Assembly: GCA_030390025.1 (NCBI GenBank)
Contig: CM059432.1
Location: 32,056,001-32,120,000, forward strand
Direction: 5' to 3'
Length of the DNA stretch: 64,000 nucleotides
Source: Squalus acanthias
Taxonomy: Eukaryota
How positions within the stretch are numbered: the stretch's first letter is position 1; each line of letters begins with the position of its first letter. The notes beneath the pieces were generated by a model, which worked only from the letters and a program-made list of their open reading frames with translations, made no database searches and was not told the origin of the DNA. Of this stretch, positions 35,441 through 47,716 are shown one piece after another. The position numbers and the translations under genes were made by a program.

Positions 35441-37152
35441 ACAAAATAACAGGCAGTGGAATTGTAAATACTGTATGTTCTTTGTAATGTTTCACACGTA
35501 GTACAGATTAGAAAATCTTTCTCTGTAAAGTTTACAAACATTATCAAGAAAGACACCTTTCGTCCTGCACTCTAAGAGACAGCAGTTGAAGGCTGGTATA
35601 TTCTCATGGGTCAGTTTCCCAATCAGCCAGTAGTGAGGAATAGCTTCCTATAACACTAACTGACATCTGATCAACATTCCTCACAACAGACTATGCATTG
35701 GAGCGAATTGCTTCATGGTTGAAACAAAATCGAATACAGAGCCAAGAGCTATCAGATTTTTTCGCTCAACATTTTAGCTCTTCTGTCATGGATTAGTCAG
35801 TTCATTTAGTAGCTTGTGTGAGTTAATGTTTCATCTCATATCCAATGAGCACAATGCTGCTAAATAAGGAAAGACTCTTCTCTTCAAAGTTCTCAAATTT
35901 AGTATGGTAGGAAGACTGTGAAGACAGAGTATTGGGAAAAGAGAGTAGCATTGGTGTTTTCTTTAGATGGAGAAGCCTGGTGCAAAGTTCAAATTCCATA
36001 GGGCAGAGCAACACTAAAGTAGAAGAATGTAGTAGGGAAGACGAGGCCAATAAAGAATTAATAGGCACTATAACACCAAATTTATTTGGATTGTATGAGA
36101 AATCAAAAGACTGAGGGAGATAAGGAGTTCCACACTTTTGAGATCCCTGTAAAGAAAGAGTTTGAGTAGGAGATGGTGCAATGTGTCTTGAGTTCAACAT
36201 AATGTAAGATGCAAACAGGAGCAAGAGGATGTAGGACAGTGTAATAAGGGAACAACAATGCGGTAGAAATTTCTTATCGCTGTGCCCGGTTTCCGGCCAG
36301 AAACCGGGGCAAAAATGACCACTTTCACAGGGCTATGACCTGCATGCAAAGCCCGCCTGAAAAATCTCTGACGCTATATTAGCTTCCTGCACCTGCCTCC
36401 AAGCCCAGCGAAAATGCCTGTCACGCACAAATGGGTCAGAGATTTGATATCACGGGTCTCTACCCTATTTCCAATCCATTGCACCCCATGAATTGGCACA
36501 CAGGTCTCGTTGCCAATCCTGTTTTTTGTGAGTTAGCACTCAATAAAGTACAAAATTGCCCTAGGTTTGACCGAGAGTATTAAGAAGCTTGTGAGCATTC
36601 AGAGTGAGTAATCACCGAGTGTATTTGAGAACAGTCACTGGTGAGTAAGCAGGGAACTAATAGCTACACAGGCTCATATCTATGACCTCATCAGCTATAA
36701 GCTGAGACAGCTCTAAACTCTATCAAATGTTTTAAAGCTCCAGGACCCAGTTGTCTCGTATAAACAGCATTTTTTTTTTCAAACTAATTTAGTGTTAGAA
36801 AGTAAAGAAACCGTAGCCTAGAAATAACTGTTGCCAAAATAAGTGGATGGATACTTAATGTGTTCATACAATATTCCTCTGTCTGCTAGCAAGCATCATC
36901 AGGTTTATTTTAAAAAGAGTGAACGCCTCTGTTAAAATAGCAGATGACGAAGCGTCACATGATCACATTAAGGCTGGCATCTTCACCAGTAATTTCTCGG
37001 CTCCTGTTTCTGCTATATCCACAACCCATGGGAATCTATTGCTGTGCTGAAATTTACCGCTAGCTCGCTTATTGGAAATGTTCCTCATCCTCCTCTACCC
37101 CAATATTACAAGTGTAACACAATATCAGGTGAATCATATTCACTGAGACAAA

Positions 37153-38375
37153 GGGCTGACTTTTCCAGCGGGTCAGTGGGCGTGATCGGTGGCGGGTCGG
37201 GTGGGAAAGTGTTTTTTTTCCCCAGCGGGTCAGGACCCCGCTGTGAACCTGCCACCGCTCGCCTTTCCCCGATGTCGGGTCTGTCAGCGCTGAGCAAACC
37301 CGACATGCATCGGCGGATTCACAGCGGGGGACCCAATTCAAGTAATTAGTGGCTTGTTTCGAGCCACTTAAAAATGAATTTCAGCTCACCTTCTGCATTT
37401 GACAGTTCGCCCATGGAGTCCACGCTGGCTGGGGACAACGTCTGTCAAGCTGAGGCGGGAGTTCAGTGGCCATTGAATCAGCTGTGAAGTCGACAGCTTC
37501 AAATGTACAGTAAAACTCCCATCTTACAGAGATATCTTCCCTCAGCTACAAACTCTTCCTCGCTGCATTTCCACAACAAATTCTGACCTCATTCCCTCTC
37601 TCACCATTGACAGATTGCTTCTGTCATCTCTACTTCACCTGCCATCTATTCCATCAGCATGGGTGCCCTTTATAATCTTTCACCTTGGTCCTCAGAATCC
37701 AACCACGATCAGCCCCAACATCAGCAGCACCAGGCACACCAGCAGCACCAACAACAACAACACCAACCTTCTCCGCAATCACTTGATGCTGCACAGGACA
37801 GAGGGCATCAGCACCTGAACACATTGCTGCCCGGGAGGCCAGGGATGGCCTCACCATGGCCAGATTTCCTTCAGTTGATGCTGTACACTCTGGCTGCCAC
37901 ATGATGTGCCAGGTTGGCACCACCCCACACCAACACCATAAAGCATCCTTACAATGCCCAAGCCATTCCTTTCACACACATGACCATTGTGGGGGTACCG
38001 CTATGTCTCATCATTCACTGCAACTCACTAAGCCACTTCCAAAGGTGCACACAAATCTGTCCAAGAACGCAAAGTGTTCAAAATAAAGGTTTCAATGTTT
38101 GACACCACATTAACAGAAACTTTACATGAACATTGCGTAAAACACCCAAGTGCCTACCCTTGTGTCTTGTTAGTTGGTATGATTGCACTAGGATGAGGGT
38201 GAGTGTGAGGGGTGGCTAGTGAAATGGGATGTGATAATATAGATAGAGAGGGATGGGTGGAGGTGCAAGGTAAGTTGGTGTGAGTAACGATGTGCGGGAG
38301 TAGGGTAGGGAAGGCAAAGTGATGGGGGTGTGCTGAGAGGCACAGCAGGATGAGGCTGAGTGTGGCTTTGTACTA
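37153..38375. mobile_element. Harbinger-derived non-autonomous element, right end lost
   Basis: Starts GGGCTGACTTTTCC; 37590-38370 is clearly homologous to 53285-54070. Confidence 0.65.
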
Positions 38376-38452
38376 ATGTAAAGTTTCTGTTAATGTGGTG
38401 TCAAACATTGAAACCTTTACTTTCAACACTTTGCATTGTTGGACAGATTTTT

Positions 38453-39177
38453 TGCGCCCAGGAGGCGTAAAGAAACTAGTGCCCGGGCGCAGCGCCACCA
38501 ACGCCTCCCGCGAAATTCAGCGGGAGGTTAGCGGCGGCGGTAACCGTTAGCGCCCCGCGGCGCTGTGCCGCCGGCGATGACGTCATCACCATGCGCAGCA
38601 CCCCGCTCGCACCCTGGCCACGATCTTTGGTAGCGCTCCCTAACTTACCACTGGACGCTATGTCCAACGGGGTCAGGGAGGCCTACCTGCGGCCAAGGGC
38701 GGCGCTAATTAAAGGTGAGGTGCCGGGTGGCCATTTTTGTTGCTGGCCGCCTGCCAGCACCTGCCCCCTCTGCTGTCCCCGGCCTCCTCTGAAGCCCCCC
38801 CATGGAGTGCCGGCTGCGCTCCGTGAGCCCGGCACTTCTCTTGAGTGCCAGGCTCTTTTGCCGGCACTCCGATTCCTGGTGGCCCAGCTAAGCCCCGGGT
38901 CGCACTGCACAAGGCTCCTCCCCTTTAAGAAGGGGAAGTAAGCCTGCAGTACCGTGGCACGACATGTCACTGCGCATGGCGCTGCGGCACGTAGCGCCGC
39001 GATATTCCCTTGCAGTGCCCCAAGAGGGAGGCGGGGCGCTTCCAGTAGCGCCCCGCTTCCCTCTTGGGGCGCTGCCGATGAATTTCAGCCGCGGGGGTGC
39101 TAACTTTTTCGGGGCACTAAAAGTAGCGCTCCGGCGAAGTTAGCGCCCCAAAGGAGGCATGACACAATTTTTCCACC
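38453..39177. mobile_element. Second, inverted and more diverged copy of the 10974-11734 MITE
   Basis: Reverse complement aligns by eye (ORFs 38476..38667 vs 11285..11665 share VLR..MTSSPAAQR..AAANLPLNF.GGVGGAAPG); one terminus AATTTTTCCACC is retained. Confidence 0.85.
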
Positions 39178-39282
39178 TGAAATTTTGTTTATGTCATAAG
39201 ATTACAAGATAGATACAGATGAGTAAGGCTCTTCAATAAAAAAATCAGGGTTACCCCATCACAGTATCCAATTGTCTCTTAA

Positions 39283-39868
39283 TTAGAGTCATATCCGCGC
39301 CGGCCATCAGGCCCTGTCTATTCTAATCCCATTTTCCAGCACTTGGTCCATAGCCTTGTATGCTATAGCGTTTCAAGTGCTCATCTAAATGCTTCTTGAA
39401 TGTTGAGGGTTCCTGCCTCTACCACCCTTTCAGGCAGTGAGTTCCAGATTCTAACCACCCTCTGGGTGAAAAAGGTTTTCCTCAAATCCCCTCTAAACCT
39501 CCTGCCCCTTACCTTGAAACTATGCCCCCTGGTTATTGACCCCTCTACTAAGGGGAAAAGTTCCTTTCTATCTACCCTATCTATGCCCCTCATAATTTTG
39601 TACACCTCAATCAGGTCCCCCCTCAGCCTTCTCTGCTCTAAGGAAAACAACCCCAGCCTGTCCAGTCTCTCTTCATAGCTGAAGCGCTCCAGCCCAGGTA
39701 ACATCCTGGTGAATCTCCTCTGCACCCTCTCCAATGCAATCACATCCTTCCTATAGTGTGGCGACCAGAACTGCACACAGTATTTCAGCTGTGGCCTAAC
39801 TAGCATTTTATACAGCTCCATCATAACCTCCCTGCTCTTATATTCTATGCCTCGGCTAATGAAGGCAT
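39283..39868 (-). mobile_element. CR1 LINE 3' fragment (different 3'UTR subfamily)
   Basis: ORF 39381..39824 LYKMLVRPQL.YC..RRLRGDLIEVYK..FFTQRVV. Confidence 0.9.
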
Positions 39869-40370
39869 GATTAATGAAGAAATATATTTCTTGTACTGAT
39901 CACTTTAGATCATTTTGGGATTGTTCTCCTTAATTGGATGGCTCTTTCAAAAAGCTGGCACTGACACAATGGGCCAAATGGTCTCCTTCTGTGCTGTAAG
40001 ATTCTATGATATCAAGAACTTCCTAATAGCAGTGCTAAATTAGCATTTTGGTAGTTTGAACCTCATTCCCTTGTCACACTGTCACAGTTTAAGTTGAAGT
40101 AATGTTCCAGATTTAACTTTTCTATACCATTTACTATCTTATGTATGGGGTCTCCTCATAGTGTCCTCCTTTCAAGATGGGAAGGCCCATGGCTCTCCTT
40201 TCAGTCCTCTGCTGCTTTTCTCACCACCAGAGTCTGACCAACTCCCCTTTGTCTTGATGACCAAAATTGGACGTATTTGCTTATCACTTGGTTTTGCCTT
40301 GTACCAGCACAGTCCAATCTCTCATATACACATACTTTCTGCTGTTGCGATTGCTTCAAGCACTACTTAC

Positions 40371-40452
40371 CCAGCTCTTTCTTCAGTAGTTTTGGCAGTT
40401 GTTGTACTGGGTCTCTTTCTTCAGGCAGCAGTTCTTGGTTAGACATTGATTC
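40371..40452 (-). CDS. XIRP1: XIRP1 upstream coding exon 4 (ESMSNQELLPEERDPVQQLPKLLKKEL), phase 0/1
   Basis: tttctctgcccatatctacag|GAA...GAGCTGG|gtaagt; 82 nt, open, phases fit both neighbouring exons. Confidence 0.72.
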
Positions 40453-40664
40453 CTGTAGATATGGGCAGAGAAATCATGATAGTTTAATGAGGAATTAAGT
40501 ATGAGTAGAGTTAATTTATGTCAGCAAGAGGGTTCTCAGGAAGGAAGTTAAGATCCTAAGGGACCCATATGGAGTTGGAAATGAGGATGAGTAGAAGACA
40601 ATAGAAGTGCCAAATCAACAATTGGATGTTTTTACCAGGCGAGACACTAACAATGCATATTTGT

Positions 40665-41092
40665 AGGGTAGTGGGTATGTTACTGGACTAGTAATCCAGA
40701 GGCCTGGACTCCAGGGATCCTGAGTTCCAATCCCAGCATGGCAGTTTGAGAATTTGAATTAAGTGCTTTAAAAAAAAGTGCTATCAGTAAAAGTGACCAT
40801 GAAGCTGCAAGATTGTAGTTAAAACCCCAACTGATTCACTAATATCCTTTAGGGGAGGAAACCTATCACCCTTACATAGTCTGGCCTATATGTGACTCCA
40901 GCCCCGCACCAACATGGTTGACTCATAATTGGCCTCCGAAGTGGCCTTTGCAAGCCACTCAGTTGTATCAAACTACTACAGCAATTCGAGAAGGCTGCCC
41001 ACCGCCACCTTCTCAGGAAACATAGGCGTGGGCAATAAAAGCTGGCCTTGCCAGCAATGCCTACATCCCCAGAATGAATCATGAAAATAAAA
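40665..41092 (+). mobile_element. tRNA-derived SINE with LINE-type 3' tail
   Basis: Head ..tggactagtaatccaga..gagttccaatccc; tail ..caccgccaccttctc..gctggccttgccagc..gaatgaat shared with the LINE fragment at 35355-35440. Confidence 0.65.
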
Positions 41093-41135
41093 AATCCCAT
41101 CTAATATCGAACAAACATCGTGTGTGCTCTGGGAT

Positions 41136-41235
41136 AAAAACAGAAAATGCTGGGAATACTCAGCAGGTCAGGCAGCATCTGTGGTGGAAGAAACAGAGTT
41201 AACGTTTCAGGTCGATGACCTTTCGTCAGAACTGA
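41136..41235 (-). mobile_element. Penelope-like fragment with a second hammerhead-like motif (41197-41233, minus strand)
   Basis: Reverse complement AGTT-CTGACGA-A-AGGTC-ATC-GACCT-GAAAC-GT-T-AACT, followed by the same downstream sequence as 16512-16567. Confidence 0.65.
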
Positions 41236-42279
41236 TCAAGAGGCAAAGAAAAGTACGACTCAAGGATGTAATGGTGCTTTGACTCAGTGCCATACTGAGC
41301 AGTGCATTGGCTCAGTCCAACACCCGGCAGATTTCCAGCATCCGCAGTATTTTGCTTCTGTATTAGTGTGTACTCTGGACTTTGACTTCAGTGAAGCTGA
41401 GTAAATACCCTGCCGGGTGTGGTACTGAACCAATGCTCTACTCAGTATGGCACATTGATATGAATAACTGATCAAGACTCTTCATTCAGGTCACGTTTAC
41501 TTTGAGCCCCCAAGTTCTTCAGAGTCTAGGCATAGCTACATGATCTCTGTCACGTCGTCTGATTTAATATGTCCTTGTAACCCTGAAAAGTACAAAATAA
41601 ATGTCAACTTCCCTTATGGAAACTTTTGCAAACATACTTGCTTGGACTTAAGTGTTCTCCATTCATTGGATCATAACAGGATGTTACAACTGGCCTCCAT
41701 GGCTCAGAGGCAAAAGAATGCTGTGGTACCGTAAATAGAACTTGACATAACATTCCTTTACCTTTGACCCTCAAACCTCATTCTAATGTCCTTTCCTTGA
41801 AGAGAAGGGAAGCAATTAAACCGAGATTAGAATTTATCCAACTGCATCAATTAATGTTATCATGGTGCACAGGGATATCTTTCTTGCGCAGTTTTTTTAC
41901 TCCTCTTTTCTACCCTCATCTCCTGAAGGTGGTGACTCTTCTGAGTTGAAGGAAAGGTGCTGTCCTTACACAGTCGGGCCTATATGTTACTCCAATCTCA
42001 AACAAAGTGGCTGACTCTTAATTACACTCTGAAGTGGCCAAGCAAGTCATACAGTTGTCAGGGCAACTAGGGAAGGGCAATAAATGATGGACTTGCCAGT
42101 GATGCCTATATACCAAGAATGAATTTTAAAAATTGCCAAACAATTTTCTATGAAGGTAGTGACCCTTTAAGATATTGGTACAAGTGATTTGCAAGTCCTC
42201 CGCAACTTTGGTTGAACGATGTGCAATGTGCTATAATAAATGATCAGATATACATATACATGAATCAATCTTGACATAC

Positions 42280-42681
42280 CTTTTTGAAGGTGTTTTCAGG
42301 AACAGTGATAATAAGTGGCCTTTCCTCAGCTTCCTCCAGCTTCTTGGGGGCAGTGCTCGTGTTGCATCTTCCTTCATTCACCTTGGTCCTGGCGGGCAAA
42401 GAGCTTGGAATTATGGGACTTTCAACCTTTATTGTGCCGCTTGATGGGACCATTTTGACCTTTGACCCCGCTGATACCTGTTGGGAATCGGTTTTACCAA
42501 CAGGAATTTCGAAGAGGGCCTGCAGCATCCTAATGTCAATGGCAGCTTTCTTAATTTCAAACAGGTTCTCCATTGATTTCCACCTTCGTTGAGGGAGGCC
42601 AGAAGGCCGCATCTCTTTCCTCTCAAACACCCTTCTTAAAGACTCCGTCTTGTTTCTGGATGGAGCTGTTGGAGACAGAAT
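42280..42681 (-). CDS. XIRP1: XIRP1 upstream coding exon 3 (ILSPTAPSRNKTESLRRVFERKE..WKSMENL..IDIRMLQALFE..NTFKK), phase 0/0
   Basis: gtcctttctaag|ATT...AAAAAG|gtatgt; 402 nt open (ORF track 42265..42630 is the same frame). LRRVFE and LQALFE resemble XIRP2/LIMA1 'LRSVFE'-type motifs. Confidence 0.78.
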
Positions 42682-43396
42682 CTTAGAAAGGACACATTTC
42701 CTTTAATACTTTCAAACTAAAAGGCAATTTCTTTCTTAGCGCAATTAATTCCTTTTTAATAAAAAATACTCTCCACCAATCTTCTCCCCTTGTCTCCTGC
42801 CTTGCTAGCATACAGTGGTCACTGGCTTCACTCCAGTACCTCACTCTTGTGGCCATTCCTCACATTTGAACCTAGTCAATGAGTGCTGGCATGCCATTCA
42901 ACCATTGGGTCTTCACAACTGAACCTGACCCTGTATTCTTCCCTTATACATATGTGACGCTGGATAAGGAAAACTGGTCAGTAGGCAGAACTAGCAACCA
43001 TGGTTGATGTTTCCTTTCACCATAGGCTAATTGCAGAGTGCCATCTGAGTCTTAATTGAGCTAAGCTAACTCAGCACAAATCAAGTACTGAAGCTGGAGG
43101 AACCATCATAGACTGTATCGATACAGCTAATCAGCTCCTTCACAGTGTCAGGCTCAGCAACTTCTCCCAGCTAGCGTGCTGTGTTAATGATGATCCTGCA
43201 GTGTCTTGCTCGCACTGCAGGACTCAAGTAAACCCCGCCCCTCCCCGCACCCTCCAAAGGCTGCAGCCTGCCCACGTAATTGTGCGTTTCTTTCCCCCTC
43301 CCCCCGGTAGCATCTCTAATCTGAAATCATAAGAATGTAAAAGATCACGGAACAAGAAAAGTTCTTTTAGACCACAAAGCCCGTTCCTTCCACACA

Positions 43397-44968
43397 CCAT
43401 GTTCTATCCTCTCTATCATGGACTCTAGCACAGGCCATGTTCTATCCTCTCTATCATGGACTCTAGCACAGACCATGTTCTATCCTCTCTAACACAGACT
43501 CTAGCACAGACCATGTTCTATCCTCTCTAACACAGACTCTAGCACAGACCATGTTCTATCCTCTCTAACACAGACTCTAGCACAGACCATGTTCTATCCT
43601 CTCTATCATGGACTCTAGCACAGACCATGTTCTATCCTCTCTATCATGGACTCTAGCACAGGACATGTTCTATCCTCTCTATCATGGACTCTAGCACAGA
43701 CCATGTTCTATCCTCTCTATCATGGACTCTAGCACAGGCCATGTTCTATCCTCTCTATCATGGACTCTAGCACAGGCCATGTTCTATCCTCTCTATCATG
43801 GACTCTAGCACAGGACATGTTCTATCCTCTCTATCATGGACTCTAGCACAGACCATGTTCTATCCTCTCTATCATGGACTCTAGCACAGACCATGTTCTA
43901 TCCTCTCTATCATGGACTCTAGCACAGATCATGTTCTATCCTCTCTATCATGGACTCTAGCACAGGCCATGTTCTATCCTCTCTATCATGGACTCTAGCA
44001 CAGGACATGTTCTATCCTCTCTATCATGGACTCTAGCACAGACCATGTTCTATCCTCTCTATCATGGACTCTAGCACAGACATGTTCTATCCTCTCTATC
44101 ACTGGACTCTAGCACAGGACATGTTCTATCCTCTCTATCATGGACTCTAGCACAGGACATGTTCTATCCTCTCTATCATGGACTCTAGCACAGACCATGT
44201 TCTATCCTCTCTATCATGGACTCTAGCACAGGACATGTTCTATCCTCTCTATCATGGACTCTAGCACAGGCCATGTTCTATCCTCTCTATCATGGACTCT
44301 AGCACAGGACATGTTCTATCCTCTCTAACACAGACTCTAGCACAGGCCATGTTCTATCCTCTCTATCATGGACTCTAGCACAGATCATGTTCTATCCTCT
44401 CTATCATGGACTCTAGCACAGGACATGTTCTATCCTCTCTATCATGGACTCTAGCACAGACCATGTTCTATCCTCTCTATCATGGACTCTAGCACAGGAC
44501 ATGTTCTATCCTCTCTAACACAGACTCTAGCACAGGCCATGTTCTATCCTCTCTATCATGGACTCTAGCACAGGCCATGTTCTATCCACTCTAACACGGA
44601 CTCTAGCACAGGACATGTTCTATCCTCTCTATCATGGACTCTAGCACAGATCATGTTCTATCCTCTCTATCATGGACTCTAGCACAGACCATGTTCTATC
44701 CTCTCTATCATGGACTCTAGCACAGATCATGTTCTATCCTCTCTATCATGGACTCTAGCACAGGCCATGTTCTATCCTCTCTATCATGGACTCTAGCACA
44801 GGCCATGTTCTATCCACTCTAACACGGACTCCAGCATAGACCATGTTCTATCCACTCTATCACGAACTCTAGCACAGATCTTGTACTATTCAATCTATCA
44901 CAGACTCTACTACAGACCATGTACTATGGTACAGACCATGTTCTATCCACGTTATCATGGACTCTACT
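43397..44968. repeat. 38-bp minisatellite, about 41 copies
   Basis: Unit CCATGTTCTATCCTCTCTATCATGGACTCTAGCACAG(A/G); period 38 measured from 43397 to 43435; degenerates at the right end. Confidence 0.97.
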
Positions 44969-45438
44969 CCCACCCAATTAATCTTCTAAGGAAACATTCT
45001 GCAAAGTTCCACCCTCTTCTCTTAGAGGCAAATTGAGCAAACTCTAGAACACCAGTGTAACGTTATGCCTTTTATTATACATTCTTGACAAGTTGCCTTC
45101 AATAGCATGAGATTCCTATGTTCCCAGCAACTCTGGAAGCATCATGTTCTGCACAACGTTTAATCATCAGCAACCAGCAATAATGTCCATTTTATAGGGG
45201 CATGGATCTCCTCATTGGCTCAAAATTGCCCACAAGTCAAGTTGAGATACATTCGCACATCACTTAAGCATGGCAGTGTTGCAAAAATATGACACGAGTC
45301 TTTCACCTCGAGCAGAAAAAGAAAATAGCTAAATATTGTTTTCACCAAGGCAGTGCCCCATTAACACTGCAATGTATTTCGCATCAAGTTAAGCAATGCT
45401 TCGCACAATAAGGAAAAGCACTGGAAGGATTTACTCAC

Positions 45439-45493
45439 CTCTTCCTTTTCTTCTTCTGATTCTGTGCTCCTCAGATTCACTGAGCTTTGATAT
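45439..45493 (-). CDS. XIRP1: XIRP1 upstream coding exon 2 (YQSSVNLRSTESEEEKEE), phase 2/0
   Basis: ggtttgtttccctag|A...GAAGAG|gtgagt; 55 nt; completes SVSKLVAR|YQ across the junction. Confidence 0.78.
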
Positions 45494-46010
45494 CTAGGGA
45501 AACAAACCAGGCACAGTTTTGGATGGAATCAGTTGTACCTACAGAGAGGTTTCCATGATCGAGTGTTCCCAGCAAGGAGCAGCACTCGGACACTAGAGAT
45601 CTCCCCGTCAGAGCTATTCCCTCCAATTTCCCATCCAATCATTGTGAGATGCTACAACCTTCACTGAGCATTTCTCTGTTTGCTACAGCCCAGATCAGGA
45701 AGCGAGTGGAACTGACCTTGAACCTGTTTGTGTCTCTGCTCCATGGTACTGAGGTAAGTGTATTAATACTCAGCATCATCACTCTGCTGTACAGGAGGCT
45801 TTTAGTAAATAATGAAACTAAAAGTAATAATTTCAATCAGAATTTGCAATGTGTACTTTGTAATTTTGTAGGGGCCAATAAGACTTGTCTCTTGCAATCT
45901 ATTCTATCATCGACTCTACCACAGACTTGTCCCTAGGTTCTCTAGGCTCGGGTATAGGTGGTACAGTATCAAAATCAGCAGGCACAAAATTAAGGAATTG
46001 TACAATCATA

Positions 46011-47223
46011 GGGGGAGAAATTCCCTACGGTGTTAAGTCAAGAAAGCGGCGACCGCCGCTCTTCCACCAGCTGGTAGCGGGTCCCGCTGTGTCCTCCATT
46101 TTGGAAGTCCCAGTAGCGCTGGCGTTCTTAAGTAGCGCCCTGCAAAAAAATGGCGGAGTGGCGACGTCAGTCGCCATGCAACGCCGACTTAACATCACCA
46201 CTGCGAACTTTGACCCTGAGTTCAGCGCTGGGTCCTATGCACGTCAGGTAAACCTAGCGTTCAAGCAGACTGACAGATGTGCTGGCAGCACTTCTTAAAA
46301 AGACACACACATCTTTCAGGTAAGTTTACATTTCAACTTTTGGACTTTTAAATTTTTTTTTATTGAAGTAGTGGCTTGCTGCAATAGGTGTTAAAAGTTT
46401 TTTAAGTGTATAGGGAGTGCTGCTGGATGCTTGCAAGGCCTCGGATGGTAAAGGAAGGCCTCTGAGAAGACAGAAAATGCTGGAAATACTCAGCAGGTCA
46501 GGCAACATCCGTGGAGAGAGACACAGAGTTCACGTCTCAGGTCGAGATGCTGCCTGACCAGCTGAGTATTTCCAGCATTCTATGCTGTCATTTCAGATTT
46601 ACAGCATCCACTCACAGAGGGAAGAGGAAGACGCAGAAGATGAAGAAACAGAAGAGGAAGAAGCCGAGGAGAAGGAAGCAGAAGAGGAGCAAGCTCCTGC
46701 ACAAAGCTGGAGTGCTGCATGAGAGACCCTGGGTGCCTCTGCTCTGTCCTGCTAAGCCATTTGTGTTAGTACTGAAGCACTTTTACCATTTTTTTAGGTG
46801 AGGAAGCCAATTCAGCTTTAAGAGCTGAAGACTGCCATTTAGGACTTATTTTTAATGTTTTTTTGAAAGGCATTTAGGGCTGAAAAATGCATTTTTTCAC
46901 TTGATTTTAATTTTTATTAGTTTCGAACGCATTGCCCCTTTAATTCATAGCACTTTTAATTGCCCACAATTCATTGCAAACTCCACAGCCTCGCTCGCAG
47001 AGGCTGTAAGAAGTTACAACGCCGCTCCTGGATGGGAACTTCAGGTCGGAGGCCACCACTAACGCCACCAGGAGGGCGTTACACTGTAAGTTAGTGCTGC
47101 GCTACAATTCTCCAGCCCCCAGCGTGAATTTTTGCCCGATAGCACTGCGGTCATTTTCAGCAGCCATAGACCTGAGGCAACGGCGACATCGGCAGGTTTC
47201 TGTCAATGTCCAATTTTTCCCCC
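46011..47223. mobile_element. PIF/Harbinger-type non-autonomous element containing a Penelope-like inverted fragment (~46470-46610)
   Basis: Termini GGGGGAGAAATT / AATTTTTCCCCC; ATA on both flanks. Confidence 0.6.
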
Positions 47224-47332
47224 ATAGAATCTTACAGCACTGAAGAAGTCCCATCATGCCTGTGCCGGAGTGTGGTCAAATGTGAAGAGGACATAGACAG
47301 GTTAGTAGATTCGGCACATAGATGCCAGATGA

Positions 47333-47716
47333 ATTTTTTTTTTAATTTGTTCCTGGGATCTGGGCATCGCTGGCATGGCCAGCATTTATTGCCCATCCCT
47401 AATTGCCCTTGAGAAGGTGGTGGTGAGCCGCCTTCTTGAACCGCTGCAGTCCGTGTGATGAAGGTACTCCCACAGTGCTGTTAGGGAGGGAGTTCCAGGA
47501 TTTTGACCCAGCGACGATGAAGGAAAGGCGATATACTTCCAAGTCAGAATGGTGTGTGACTTGGAGGGGAACTTAGAGGTGGTGGTGTTCCCATGCGCCT
47601 GCTGCCCATGTCCTTCTGGGTGGAAGAGGTCGCGGGTTTGGGAGCATCTGACCTGCTCTTATCGCCACAGTATTTGTGTGGCTGGTCCAGTTAAGTTTCT
47701 GGTCAATGGTGACCCC
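47333..47716 (-). mobile_element. LINE 3' fragment (KKAAHHHLLKGN type) inserted in an old CR1
   Basis: Reverse complement encodes ..SWNSLPNSTVGVPSSHGLQRFKKAAHHHLLKGN*; CR1-like text resumes on both sides. Confidence 0.7.

Noticed and set aside
43194..43222. 10-bp hairpin TCCTGCAGTG/CACTGCAGGA
   Set aside because: Isolated short stem with no family or motif support.
43397..44968. CRISPR-like array
   Set aside because: Units are contiguous with no unique spacers, there are no cas genes, and the context is a vertebrate intron.
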